Of a stretch of 64,000 nucleotides of DNA, positions 48,601 through 56,886 are shown piece after piece. The stretch comes from an uncultured Rhodothermales bacterium. Lineage in GTDB: Bacteria > Bacteroidota > Rhodothermia > Rhodothermales > Salinibacteraceae. The notes under the pieces were generated by a model, which saw nothing but the letters and a program-made list of their open reading frames with translations, ran no database searches and was not told the origin of the DNA. A program made the position numbers and the translations under genes. The stretch covers positions 325 through 64,324 of the forward strand of contig CAYFQN010000001.1 in the NCBI GenBank assembly GCA_964345285.1. Direction: 5' to 3'. Numbering within the stretch: position 1 is the first letter of the stretch; the number at the start of each line of letters is the position of its first letter.

Positions 48601-49917
48601 CCCAACGTATACGTGTTGGGCTTGGGTAGCGACAATAACTGGCATGTTCGTTACCATCGAGGAATAGCGACAGCACCTGAGGCCGGATTGCGCAGTGCAT
48701 CGCTCGTGGCGGCCGATTTTACCGGAAACGGCGCTCCGGATCTGCTGGCTGCAACCGCCGATGCGCGCTTCCACCTATGGCAGTATCAAGCATCAGCGGA
48801 ACAGCAGCCTCCGCCGCAGTGGACGGTGGCTCGTGCGTCATCGGCCGATGCCGTCCGCTTGGCCTGGCACGCCCCGCGCGCTGACTCAGTAACGGTGTAT
48901 GCGGGACCACCGGGAGCTGACATAGATCCATATGCCACCTTGTCCGATTCGTCGTTGACGGTTTCAACACGAGTCACGCAACGGTACGTACTGCGCGCCT
49001 GGTATGACGGGGTCGCCTCGGCGCTGACCCCCGCGCGAACCGTGCGCCCTCACGCCCCAGCGGTTGTCGAATCCGTCAGTTACCCGTCTCCCCGATCGGT
49101 CACGCTCCAGTTCAGCGAGCCGATTGCTCCTCGTCTTGAAGCAGCTCAGTTTCGGCTCGATGGAGGGTTGCAGCCCGCTTCGGTCTTACTGCAAGCCGAT
49201 GGTCGTCAGCTCGTCTTACAATTCGATGCCCCGCCTACGCCGCGTGAGGATATTCTTCGCTGGACCGATGTTAGCGATATTGAAGATACACCCGTGGGAC
49301 AGACGGAAGTCGCTGTCTTATTTCCTGAGCCTGATGCTGCCCGTCTCATCGTTGAATCGTGGCGTGTGGAGGGCCGAAAGCGGGTAGTCATCCACTTCAA
49401 TGCACCCTTGGACCCACAACGAGCGCGGCAGGCGGCCCGGTATGAGATCACCCCGCACGGATCGATCGCCCGTGTCGACTATGCTCCCGAGGCGCCGGAT
49501 CGTGTCACCGTGGTGGTACGGGGCGCCGCACTTGGTGCAGTCGGGGCCAATGTGTCGCTTCGCTTATCTGGCTTGCAGAGCCGAGATGGCGCGTCGCTCA
49601 GTGAAGCAGGGTCAGTCTTGCGACTAGCCGAACCGGCTGCCGACTTGGCCGACGTATACGCCTACCCAAACCCTTTACATCGGCATCGCCATGATGCAGA
49701 CCTGACGATCGCTGGGTTGCCCGCTGAAGCCACCGTCCGTATCTTTTCGGCGGATGGTGTGCTCGTAAACGAGTTAGTGGAGACAGGGCGCGATGGGGGA
49801 CTACAGTGGGATTTGCACGATCGTAACGGCCGTACGGTACCGTCCGGAGTGTATTTGCTACACGTTGAGTCTCCAGGCCAAGATGCAGTCTTAAGAAAAG
49901 TGGCCATCGTCCGATAA
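45601..49917 (+). CDS. secreted S8 (subtilisin-like) peptidase with FG-GAP/VCBS repeats, Ig-like domains and a T9SS C-terminal sorting domain
   Basis: 1438 aa with a signal peptide. The catalytic triad is in VDTGLDLDHPD, GHATAVAG and GSSMAAPLVTG. There are six or more DFDGDG-type repeats. The C-terminus (AYPNP...VRIFSADGVLV...GVYLLHV...KVAIVR) resembles the T9SS type A CTD. Confidence 0.8.
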   Translation: MPLLQSTTCKCAALAGWVLVLVFPLRVFGQVELIVSPVEDAAPAYVQVLDRLAAKSGPPDSMDASLFGNALAATSVFGTANRLSKSPQPAPPYAFTLTFADSAAYRTAMRQWASRSDIAAVEPNASFGLHAPAPVTGQPGSDPQADSLTHLNVIRAREAWSESTGSPDVRIGLVDTGLDLDHPDLRSQLWINPGEDLNGNGRVDRSDLNGVDDDQNGWVDDLHGYDFVDRPSVVEMGDFRERDADPSADPDGPFSGHATAVAGAMSAARNNAEGITGVAPGSRLVPLRAFGGDGRGATDDIAAAIVYAVQQGVDVVNLSFGRDFASPLLEATIQYAVAQGTVVVASAGNNGGDDPHYPSDYPAVISVAWLNANGTDIAFRGEYGIGIDIGAPGTAIYTTLKPPLGADGAAQNMYGRQSGSSMAAPLVTGTVALLRSIDPSLSPSTVRSILTASARDIGAPGWDHRTASGRLDVASALARALPGRTEITSPSHNQGTADPALPIIGTAIDPSFASYTVFYAAGTRDLDDLSAGWTRLTGPVERQVLNDTLAVLPAETLDEGAYTLRLVTTLRGGTQVEDRRRVYVDRSAPVIDPQLIDVGLLDGAYGVLADVRSTDLTTAHMRIQHGTSTYTVSSEVRNARHGLFWPDKRGRGGVANVHLALRNASGLSACIDTVLQIPPWRANTALLNETPLQVPHGALLPQATDFDGDGLREIVFNQYERGALGDTLRALEWDGTAFSPLQALVANVIPRDVGDTNGDGRLELLTQVGGATLLLEQGPADAFPTQERFVDTTGLSRPGAIDAVWGGRLTDLDRDGQGEILAHNRTRWRVLEWNGTTYDEIARLANPTGADGADPAVDANGFQQPLAVVEDFDGDGRTNVLVGDNDGDWIVYEATGNDRFETVWTHETDRIDGGARFASGDFDGDGNPDVVTYTQNLPILTADGAREPPIGVYYFWESQADDRFLLRQTIPVRGSNSSHGALTSADFDSDGQDEVAIVHPPNVYVLGLGSDNNWHVRYHRGIATAPEAGLRSASLVAADFTGNGAPDLLAATADARFHLWQYQASAEQQPPPQWTVARASSADAVRLAWHAPRADSVTVYAGPPGADIDPYATLSDSSLTVSTRVTQRYVLRAWYDGVASALTPARTVRPHAPAVVESVSYPSPRSVTLQFSEPIAPRLEAAQFRLDGGLQPASVLLQADGRQLVLQFDAPPTPREDILRWTDVSDIEDTPVGQTEVAVLFPEPDAARLIVESWRVEGRKRVVIHFNAPLDPQRARQAARYEITPHGSIARVDYAPEAPDRVTVVVRGAALGAVGANVSLRLSGLQSRDGASLSEAGSVLRLAEPAADLADVYAYPNPLHRHRHDADLTIAGLPAEATVRIFSADGVLVNELVETGRDGGLQWDLHDRNGRTVPSGVYLLHVESPGQDAVLRKVAIVR
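45604..45615 (+). repeat. copy 3 of the recurrent 12-mer CCGTTATTGCAA
   Basis: Read directly: tagATAATGCCGTTATTGCAAag. It begins right after the ATG at 45601 and 7 nt after the pepP stop. Confidence 0.85.
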
Positions 49918-49922
49918 TATCT

Positions 49923-50384
49923 GTGTATACGGCGTTACGTTTTGCGCACACATGGAATACACAGATGGCCATGATAGGATCTCAACGTTTGCAAATAACC
50001 ACGGGAAGTAGCCACTCTGGTCTGTCGCGGCTGATTGACCAGGCGCACTCCTTTGCGGCGCGACACCTGAACGGAGTAAACGATGAGACAAGCCGCGCCA
50101 AGTTGCTTATTAACGAGGTGGTTGTCAACGCCGTAAAGCATGGCAACCAATTCGATGAAGGGAAAGAAGTCTTTCTGGATATTGATGTCTGTGATCAACG
50201 CGTAGACATCCGCGTAGAGGACGAAGGCATGGGGTTCAACCCTGATCGGGTCCCGGACCCGCGCACGGAACAAAATATCCAACGCGAACACGGCCGAGGT
50301 CTTTTCTTGATACAATCTCTTGCTGACGAAGTGAACTTCGAGCAGCAGGGCCGTCGGGTTTGCGTGGCGATCCATCGCTGCTGA
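49923..50384 (+). CDS. RsbW/SpoIIAB-like anti-sigma-factor serine kinase (HATPase_c only)
   Basis: The N-box is NAVKHGN, G1 is EDEGMGF and G2 is GRGLFLI. The start is uncertain: GTG at 49923, or ATG at 49965 or 49971. No STAS partner gene lies next to it. Confidence 0.6.
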   Translation: MYTALRFAHTWNTQMAMIGSQRLQITTGSSHSGLSRLIDQAHSFAARHLNGVNDETSRAKLLINEVVVNAVKHGNQFDEGKEVFLDIDVCDQRVDIRVEDEGMGFNPDRVPDPRTEQNIQREHGRGLFLIQSLADEVNFEQQGRRVCVAIHRC

Positions 50385-50390
50385 CGCTGT

Positions 50391-52235
50391 ATGCACATTT
50401 CTTACGAGGTGAGGCGCCGCGAGTCAAAATGGCTCACGGGTGTCCTGTGTCTCCTTGTCTCTTGTATGGCCACGCTGTCCCGAGACCCGACCCACTGGAT
50501 TGGGTTCGTGGGTTGTGCACTCGGAGCCGGCTTGCTGGTCATGGCGCTTTGGCAGCGCGATGCGCTCCAAATCCACGAGGTGCTTGGACTAGCCATTGCC
50601 TTCCGTCTGGCTTTCCTGCCGCTGCTTCCCGTACTATCCGACGATGCGTATCGGTATGTGTGGGACGGCATGGTGCAGATGGAAGGCATCAATCCGTATC
50701 GCTATCGTCCTGATGCCCCCGAGTTGTCGGCCTTCCACAACACGTATATTTTCGAACGCCTGAACTCTGCCACATATTATTCCGTGTACCCGCCGGTATC
50801 GCAGTGGGTTTTCGCCGTAGGCGGCGCATTCTACGACGCCGGGTGGCATGTCAGCTATTTTGTGATCAAGGGCCTCTTTGCTAGCATGGAGGTGGGCGGG
50901 TTGTTCATCCTGGCCTCCATGGTTTCAGCGCGGAGTGTTATGCTGTACGCTTGGCACCCCCTGACGGCCCTTGAGAGCGCGGGGCAGGGGCACACCGAGG
51001 CGGCCGTCGTTCTGTTTGGTGTGGTGGCCTTGCGCAGTGTTCGCCAAGGACAGGGAGGGCTGGCCGCGCTCTCCATTGCTGCAGCCACGTGGACTAAGCT
51101 GATCCCGGTTGTGCTAATGCCGCTCCTTTGGCGTCGGTTCGGATGGCGTCCGTTTGCACATGCGGCTGTGCTGAGCGTGATCGTCTGGCTGCCGTATATG
51201 TCGTGGGAGACGATTCAGCACGTTGCCACTTCGCTGTCATTGTACGTCCAATTGTTCGAATTCAACGCGGGGGTCTATTATGCGGTGAAAGAAGGGCTTG
51301 CCCTGGCGACAGGAGCAGATTGGAGCAAGACGCTTGGCCCAGCCTTTGGATTAGCTTTTATGGGGGCTGCCTTGAGTACCTATCTGCTGGATGCTCGATA
51401 CGGCTGGAGTTTCGCAGGTAGCGCGGTGTGTTTGCTTGCGCTCTTTTTCGTCTTCACTACGACGGTTCATCCGTGGTATTTCCTTACCTTACTCCCCTTT
51501 GCAGTAACTGTGAGCCCTCCCGTATGGGCTATCTGGTGGCTCGCCCTGTGCGCGATCGCCACATATCTTTTTTACGTGGACGGTCCCTACTGGAGCACGG
51601 TAGCAGTGGGGTGGGGAGGAGCCGCCCTGCTTTTAGCTACGTACCGGTCCGATGATTTATTGCAGCAACTTATGTTGTACCGGTCTCGCCAAAAAGCCGA
51701 ACGACTGCGTCCGGGTCTCGAGATCCTGCTGGAGAAGGACGACGACGCCTACATCCTTGATTTAGGTGCTGGTGAGGGCTACGTGGGGGCCCTGCTACAG
51801 GACTCTGGCTATGGCCGTGTGCTGTTAGCCGACGTGGTGGACATGAACCGCACGCTACTCCCGCACATAACCGTAGACGGTCAGTCGCTACCTTTTGATA
51901 AGGATGCGTTTGACGTAACGGTTCTCAATTTTGTGCTTCACCATGCTCGGGACCCGAGGCGGGTTCTGAGTGAAGCCCTCCGGGTGAGTAGACGAGGGGT
52001 GATTGTTGTAGAATCCACGGTGTCGGGACCGGTGCAGCACAAGGCGCTTCGAATAGTTGACCAGTTGGCTAATCGGCTCAGGTCACAGGGCAAAATGAGC
52101 CGTCAGGAAGATCATTTGCACTTTAGGCCCCCAGAAGCTTGGGTAAAAGAAGCACGCTCCATAGGGGCCACCGTGGTCGAAGAGAGGCGCATTAGTGGGC
52201 TGCTTCACCCTAAGCTCGTCCTGATTGTAAAATAG
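50391..52235 (+). CDS. polytopic GT87/DUF2029-like glycosyltransferase fused to a C-terminal class I SAM-dependent methyltransferase
   Basis: 614 aa. The N-terminal ~430 aa contain about 10 TM helices and the loop motif DDAYRYVWDG..GINPYRY, which resembles PimE/GT87-type polyprenyl-phosphate-sugar transferases. The C-terminus has methyltransferase motif I (ILDLGAGEGYVG) and a Methyltransf_11-like body. Confidence 0.65.
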   Translation: MHISYEVRRRESKWLTGVLCLLVSCMATLSRDPTHWIGFVGCALGAGLLVMALWQRDALQIHEVLGLAIAFRLAFLPLLPVLSDDAYRYVWDGMVQMEGINPYRYRPDAPELSAFHNTYIFERLNSATYYSVYPPVSQWVFAVGGAFYDAGWHVSYFVIKGLFASMEVGGLFILASMVSARSVMLYAWHPLTALESAGQGHTEAAVVLFGVVALRSVRQGQGGLAALSIAAATWTKLIPVVLMPLLWRRFGWRPFAHAAVLSVIVWLPYMSWETIQHVATSLSLYVQLFEFNAGVYYAVKEGLALATGADWSKTLGPAFGLAFMGAALSTYLLDARYGWSFAGSAVCLLALFFVFTTTVHPWYFLTLLPFAVTVSPPVWAIWWLALCAIATYLFYVDGPYWSTVAVGWGGAALLLATYRSDDLLQQLMLYRSRQKAERLRPGLEILLEKDDDAYILDLGAGEGYVGALLQDSGYGRVLLADVVDMNRTLLPHITVDGQSLPFDKDAFDVTVLNFVLHHARDPRRVLSEALRVSRRGVIVVESTVSGPVQHKALRIVDQLANRLRSQGKMSRQEDHLHFRPPEAWVKEARSIGATVVEERRISGLLHPKLVLIVK

Positions 52236-52247
52236 CCGTTATTGCAA
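52236..52247 (+). repeat. copy 4 of the recurrent 12-mer CCGTTATTGCAA
   Basis: Read directly: TAAAATAGCCGTTATTGCAAaaacac. It starts at the first base after the TAG at 52233-52235, in the 44-nt gap between convergent genes. Confidence 0.85.
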
Positions 52248-52279
52248 AAACACATATGCTGTAGAACAAAGCTTTGCTG

Positions 52280-53212
52280 CTAACCAACTAAGCGTGCTTT
52301 CAATGTTTGTATATCTCGCTCTTCGAGGCGCACCCAGTCGTACGTTGAATAGCGTCTGAACCATGTAAGTTGTCGCTTTGCATAACGCCGAGAGTTTCTC
52401 TTAACAAGCCGCACCATCTCATCATAATCGACTTCGCCCGTGAGGTATTCGATCGGTTCACGGTACCCGATCGTGCGCAGTGGTTGGCGTTCCGGATCAA
52501 CGCCTTGTTCTAGCAAACCGCGCACCTCGTCGAGCAGTCCGTTATCTAACATGCGATCGACTCGCTCTTCGATGCGCTCGTACAGATTCGATCGTTCTCG
52601 ATTTAGTACAATCGTGCGGTAGGAGAATGGCGGCGCAGGCTGATTTTCATGATAGTAGGTTAGTGGCTTCCCTGTCCCGTGGTAAACCTCCAAGGCGCGA
52701 ACTAGCCGCTGTGTTTTTGTAGGATCCATCCGATCGGCCTGATGCGGGTCTACTTGTCTCAATTCGTCATAGAGCGCTTCGGCGCCTTCATCATCTAAGC
52801 GCTGCTCGATATGGGTTCGGACGCCTTCATCCACTTCGGGGACATCGGCGAGGCCAAACTGTAAGGCATGGATGTATAGTGTCGAGCCACCGACGACCAG
52901 TGGACGCCTCCCGCGTCGCAGGATCTGTCGGATGCGCTCGTTTGCATCACGCGCGAACGCGCCTGCCGAGTAGGGGGCATCGAGTATCGACCGTTCGTTA
53001 ACGAAGTGATGGGGAGCTTGGCGCTGCTCTTCGGGGGCTGGCTTGGCTGTTCCTATGGTCAGCTCTTGGTAAATCTGCCGGCTATCAGCCGAAATAATTT
53101 CTGCGTTCAGTTCCTCAGCGAGTCGCAAGCTGAGTGCAGTCTTCCCGACAGCAGTCGGTCCAACGATCGTCAACAAAGACTCATCATGTTGGGCCGATCT
53201 GTTGGTATTCAT
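52280..53212 (-). CDS. miaA: tRNA dimethylallyltransferase
   Basis: The P-loop is GPTAVGKTALS, followed by ISADSRQIY and TIGTAKP. Confidence 0.9.
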   Translation of the reverse strand: MNTNRSAQHDESLLTIVGPTAVGKTALSLRLAEELNAEIISADSRQIYQELTIGTAKPAPEEQRQAPHHFVNERSILDAPYSAGAFARDANERIRQILRRGRRPLVVGGSTLYIHALQFGLADVPEVDEGVRTHIEQRLDDEGAEALYDELRQVDPHQADRMDPTKTQRLVRALEVYHGTGKPLTYYHENQPAPPFSYRTIVLNRERSNLYERIEERVDRMLDNGLLDEVRGLLEQGVDPERQPLRTIGYREPIEYLTGEVDYDEMVRLVKRNSRRYAKRQLTWFRRYSTYDWVRLEERDIQTLKARLVG

Positions 53213-53294
53213 AATAGTGATTTAATGCTGTGCGGTTGTCTGTCTCGTAGGTTACCGTGACCGGTATTTAGTTATCCACGCCCCCTGTAGCTCT

Positions 53295-54593
53295 ATGGAT
53301 CCTCAAGCGGAACCCTCCGCAAAGTCATCGTCATCGGTTCCTTTCCAGAGCACCGCGTTGCAGGTTCTTGCTCTCCTCGGCGTATTGACGCTCTTTTTCA
53401 CGAGCATCGAGCTTATGAGAGCGTCGTTCAAGTTGATGGGGCAGGGTGTCGCCGAGCAGCTGCTTCTCATGACCTCAAACCCATTTGTGGGTTTGTTCAT
53501 TGGGATTCTGGCGACGTCGCTGGTACAGAGTTCCTCAACGGTTACGTCCATGACGGTTTCCATTGTGGCCGGCGGTGGCTTGAACATTGCCGGTGCCATT
53601 CCGATCGTGATGGGGGCAAATATCGGGACAAGCGTCACCAGTACAATCGTTTCGCTTGGTTCGGTGACACGGAAGGAGGAATTCCGGCGCGCTATGGCCG
53701 GGGCGACAGTGCATGACTTCTTTAATTTCTTCGTCGTCGCACTTCTCTTTCCGCTCGAACTGGCCTTTCAGTTCGTTTCCACACCAGCTGCTTACCTAAC
53801 CGATGCGCTTGCCGGGATCGGGGGAACGACCCTGCTCAGCCCTGTTGCGGAGGTCGTAGAGCCCATTGCTGGGTTTATCATTCAGCTGACGGGCGAGAGT
53901 GAACTTATCGTGCTGGGTGTTGGCCTGGCCTTCCTTTTTATATCGCTTCGCTACCTCGTCAAGCTTCTCCGGTCGCTTGTCCTCGGTCGCTCTGAAAACC
54001 TGCTGCACCGCTATATCTTTGGCCGCCCGATTGTCTCTCTCGGATTTGGCGTCCTGATTACTTTCCTCGTACAGAGTTCGTCTATCATCACAACGTCGAT
54101 TACGGTACCGCTCGTGGGAGCCGGCATTCTGACGGTGACACAGATCTTTCCATTCGTTGTTGGCGCCAACATCGGTACGACCACGACAGCCATCGTCGCC
54201 GCATTAGTGCTCGCGAGTGGAGGCACTGCGACGGGTATCGCTGCGCTTAAAGTGGCCTTTGTGCATCTTTTCTTTAACCTGTATGGAACGATCCTCTTCG
54301 TGCCTGTACGCCCACTGCGCAACATCCCAATACAGTTAGCCCACAAACTCGGAGACTTGGCGGTCAAAAACCGGATTTACGCGTTCGGATATGTTCTTGG
54401 CACGTTCTTTTTGCTCCCCCTCGTTACAATTCTGGCAACGCGTAATGTGGAGTTCGACTACCAGCCTCCTCGACCAGATGCTCTCGACGACGCTCCGACC
54501 CAGCAGGGGGAGAGCCTAGACAACAGCGAGGCTGTCAGTGTTGTCGGTTTGCAGCCTAGTGGGTACGGTCAATGGCACCGTGTACAGCCCTGA
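53295..54593 (+). CDS. Na+/phosphate cotransporter family protein (NptA-like)
   Basis: 432 aa and polytopic. It has the two internal repeats with the QSSS signature (LVQSSSTVTSM and LVQSSSIITTS). Confidence 0.8.
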   Translation: MDPQAEPSAKSSSSVPFQSTALQVLALLGVLTLFFTSIELMRASFKLMGQGVAEQLLLMTSNPFVGLFIGILATSLVQSSSTVTSMTVSIVAGGGLNIAGAIPIVMGANIGTSVTSTIVSLGSVTRKEEFRRAMAGATVHDFFNFFVVALLFPLELAFQFVSTPAAYLTDALAGIGGTTLLSPVAEVVEPIAGFIIQLTGESELIVLGVGLAFLFISLRYLVKLLRSLVLGRSENLLHRYIFGRPIVSLGFGVLITFLVQSSSIITTSITVPLVGAGILTVTQIFPFVVGANIGTTTTAIVAALVLASGGTATGIAALKVAFVHLFFNLYGTILFVPVRPLRNIPIQLAHKLGDLAVKNRIYAFGYVLGTFFLLPLVTILATRNVEFDYQPPRPDALDDAPTQQGESLDNSEAVSVVGLQPSGYGQWHRVQP

Positions 54594-54632
54594 CTCTTTT
54601 CTTTGCAGCTCACTTTTGGAACCCAGGTATCC

Positions 54633-54866
54633 TTAGTTATCCTGCGGTGGACGCGGGTCCGGGTGACCCGCATTCTCCTGTGCTGTCTTCTTCTCCGAGG
54701 AATCGCTGACCAGCGTGGGGGGAGCATCGGTGGGGCTGGCGTCTCCCCCTGCGCCTGTTCCCCCACTATGACTGTCGTCTTGCGAGTCATCATCACTGGG
54801 TAAGGTGAAGAACGCCCAAATGAGAGTAGCTAGACTGATCAGTCCTAGAAATAGATAGTCGATCAT
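54633..54866 (-). CDS. small single-pass membrane protein with acidic/Ser then Pro-rich tail (hypothetical)
   Basis: 77 aa: MIDYLFLGLISLATLIWAFFTLPSDDDSQDDSHSGGTGAGG...PDPRPPQDN. No Shine-Dalgarno is seen. Coding status rests on architecture and its resemblance to the ORF at 58644..58883. Confidence 0.35.
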   Translation of the reverse strand: MIDYLFLGLISLATLIWAFFTLPSDDDSQDDSHSGGTGAGGDASPTDAPPTLVSDSSEKKTAQENAGHPDPRPPQDN

Positions 54867-54974
54867 GACGTTTGCGGTTTCGGAAATTGGGTCGTGGGTT
54901 CACAACTCATTCAGTGGGTTATCTCACTGTCTCCACAAGAGGGAGGAGAGACGAGTGCCGATCGAATACAAACA

Positions 54975-55006
54975 AAAGGCCCGTGGGGGATACCCCACGG
55001 GCCTTT
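54975..55006 (-). terminator. rho-independent terminator of the rhodopsin gene
   Basis: A perfect 14-bp stem, AAAGGCCCGTGGGG (loop GATA) CCCCACGGGCCTTT. On the minus strand it is followed by TGTTTGTATT. It lies 34 nt after the opsin stop. Confidence 0.75.
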
Positions 55007-55039
55007 CTACACGCTGAATGAAACGTGTGGGTGGCGCTG

Positions 55040-55831
55040 TTACGCAGCGGCGGCACCGGCCTTGGCTTCGGTCTTGGCCCGAGCCACGGCGTAAATCATG
55101 ATGCCCCAACCAGCCTTCGCCACGATGTCGGCGACGGCATAGCCTACGTTAACGCTCACGAGGGCGCTGGCGCCACTGATGCCCAGGAAGGGGAAGCAGT
55201 AGACGACCGGGTAAAAGCCCCAAGCGAACAGCAGCAGCAGCCGCATGTTGCTAAGCAGCACCTGTGCGCGCGGAGGCTGGTCCTGAATCGCATCGGTCAT
55301 TTGCACGAACAGGACGTATACGATGTAAGCGAACGGGATTGAGCTCAACGTACCCCAGAGGGCGTACATGCCTGTCTCCGTCGCGGGATCGTAGCCTACT
55401 TCGCCAATGTAGCCGGCCACGAGCATCAGCACGGTAGCAACGATGAGCTTGAAGAGCAACCCACCAGACTTCTTAAGCTGCATCACTGAGATGAGCTCAG
55501 CGAGCAGGAGCGGCACTGTGATAATCCAGTCCGCATACCGGTAGGCTTCGTTGAACGGCGTGCCATCCGGATCAGCCATGTAGGAACCGGCGCGCGAAAC
55601 GCCGCCTTGCCCTTCGACGAGCATGAATGCACCGTCCCAGCTGTTAAAAATCCGGATGTAGTGGTAACCGGCAATGAATACTACAATTGCCGACATAATC
55701 AGCGAGGGGCGATACTCTCTAGCCACTTGGCCCTTCGCGGCCAAGAAGAAGATGCCCGACGCTACCATCGTCGCTGCCGTGAGCGACAGCGCGTTGTAGA
55801 CGAGGTCAAATTGAGTGAACGTAAGTTCCAT
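55040..55831 (-). CDS. xanthorhodopsin/proteorhodopsin-clade light-driven proton pump
   Basis: 263 aa with 7 TM helices. RYADWIITVPLLLAEL gives the Asp/Thr/Glu triad at positions 0/+4/+11. The His is in FIAGYHY and the Schiff-base Lys is in VADIVAKAGWG. The text is close to my recollection of S. ruber xanthorhodopsin (FNDAYRYVDW, WGFYP, GYxxADxxAKAGYG). A GGAGG Shine-Dalgarno lies 5-6 nt upstream of the ATG. Confidence 0.9.
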   Translation of the reverse strand: MELTFTQFDLVYNALSLTAATMVASGIFFLAAKGQVAREYRPSLIMSAIVVFIAGYHYIRIFNSWDGAFMLVEGQGGVSRAGSYMADPDGTPFNEAYRYADWIITVPLLLAELISVMQLKKSGGLLFKLIVATVLMLVAGYIGEVGYDPATETGMYALWGTLSSIPFAYIVYVLFVQMTDAIQDQPPRAQVLLSNMRLLLLFAWGFYPVVYCFPFLGISGASALVSVNVGYAVADIVAKAGWGIMIYAVARAKTEAKAGAAAA

Positions 55832-56072
55832 TGGTACCTCCAGTGAATGGTCAAAATCGTGGATCCACAGGTTGCGCCCGCCTTGGGTGATGGCAAGCGC
55901 CCGACGGGAATGAAAAAACCCAACCGCCGGTTGCGTCAGTGGGGAAAATCACCCAACCACTAACGGTCTCTATATATCGTAGCCCGACCCTGTACTCAAG
56001 TGAGAGCAGGAGGTGTAACGGGCATTTTACAGGTCTGTAGCAAACGGTACGCCCACGGGGTGGGGATGCGCA

Positions 56073-56846
56073 CTATTCAATCCGAGATGGTGAAGCCCCG
56101 GCCGGCACGGGTGCTGGCTCATCCGGAATAAATCGGTGCTCCTCAAATAGGAATAACAGGGTTCCTTTCACACACAAGATGTTGGTGACCAAGAAAAACA
56201 GGGCTTCCTCAACGGGAAGTCCAAAAGGGCGGAGCCCCACAGTATAGGCAGAAGAGATCTCCCAGATCCCTTGGTGAATAGCGATGGCATCAGTCACCCA
56301 CAGGTATAGCGTAGGGATGGCTACCCCAACAGCCACAGGGCCTCGCAAGGCCCAAATCAAGCGGCCAGCGTATAACCACATTCCAGCTAGTACCGGGCTG
56401 GCCCACACCAAAATCAGGCCCATGTATAGTCCAGGGTCCCAGCCTGAAAACACAAGCCAAGCGGCGATGGCAGACAACACGATCCAGACAGCAGCCCCGA
56501 TGTACTGTGCTTTCAGGCTGGTTGATCGGCGCACCGGGGTCCAACGCGCAATGTACTGGTACAGAAAAAGGCCCGTTAGAATCGGCTGAAGAATAAAGAA
56601 GGCATATTCCTCCACGGGTACGTACCCAATGGTTGCCAGTACACGTTCTGGACCGTACCACCACACCTCTCGAGCAACCAAATAATTGTCCCAAGGCGTG
56701 GTATAACTAAACGCGATCAAACAAATGGTTGGAATAGCGTAGCGCCCGCGACGGCCACCGACCCCGGCAAGCGGGGAGGGTTGTGTGGCCCACAGGATAA
56801 GAATCGGAGGCAACAGGAAAACAAAATGGAATGCCAAATACGACAT
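56073..56846 (-). CDS. lycopene cyclase, fused heterodimeric CrtYc/CrtYd type
   Basis: 257 aa with about 7 TM helices. It has two half-domains, each with the PxEE motif (GYVPVEEYAFF and GLPVEEALFF). There is no His pattern of Blh/Brp dioxygenases. Confidence 0.75.
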   Translation of the reverse strand: MSYLAFHFVFLLPPILILWATQPSPLAGVGGRRGRYAIPTICLIAFSYTTPWDNYLVAREVWWYGPERVLATIGYVPVEEYAFFILQPILTGLFLYQYIARWTPVRRSTSLKAQYIGAAVWIVLSAIAAWLVFSGWDPGLYMGLILVWASPVLAGMWLYAGRLIWALRGPVAVGVAIPTLYLWVTDAIAIHQGIWEISSAYTVGLRPFGLPVEEALFFLVTNILCVKGTLLFLFEEHRFIPDEPAPVPAGASPSRIE

Positions 56847-56886
56847 TCAAGCTGCGGCGCTTATGGGTAGGGAATGGTGAAACTAG

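Noticed and set aside
53272-53280. TTATCCACG, a near-consensus DnaA box, in the miaA / Na-Pi transporter divergent spacer.
   Set aside because: It is a single copy with no cluster of boxes, no AT-rich unwinding element and no dnaA/dnaN nearby. It is not an origin.
56073-56846. The 257-aa membrane protein next to the opsin as a possible Blh/Brp beta-carotene dioxygenase (the retinal-forming enzyme).
   Set aside because: It has the duplicated PxEE(Y/A)xFF half-domain pattern of CrtYc/CrtYd lycopene cyclases and lacks the conserved multi-His pattern of Blh.
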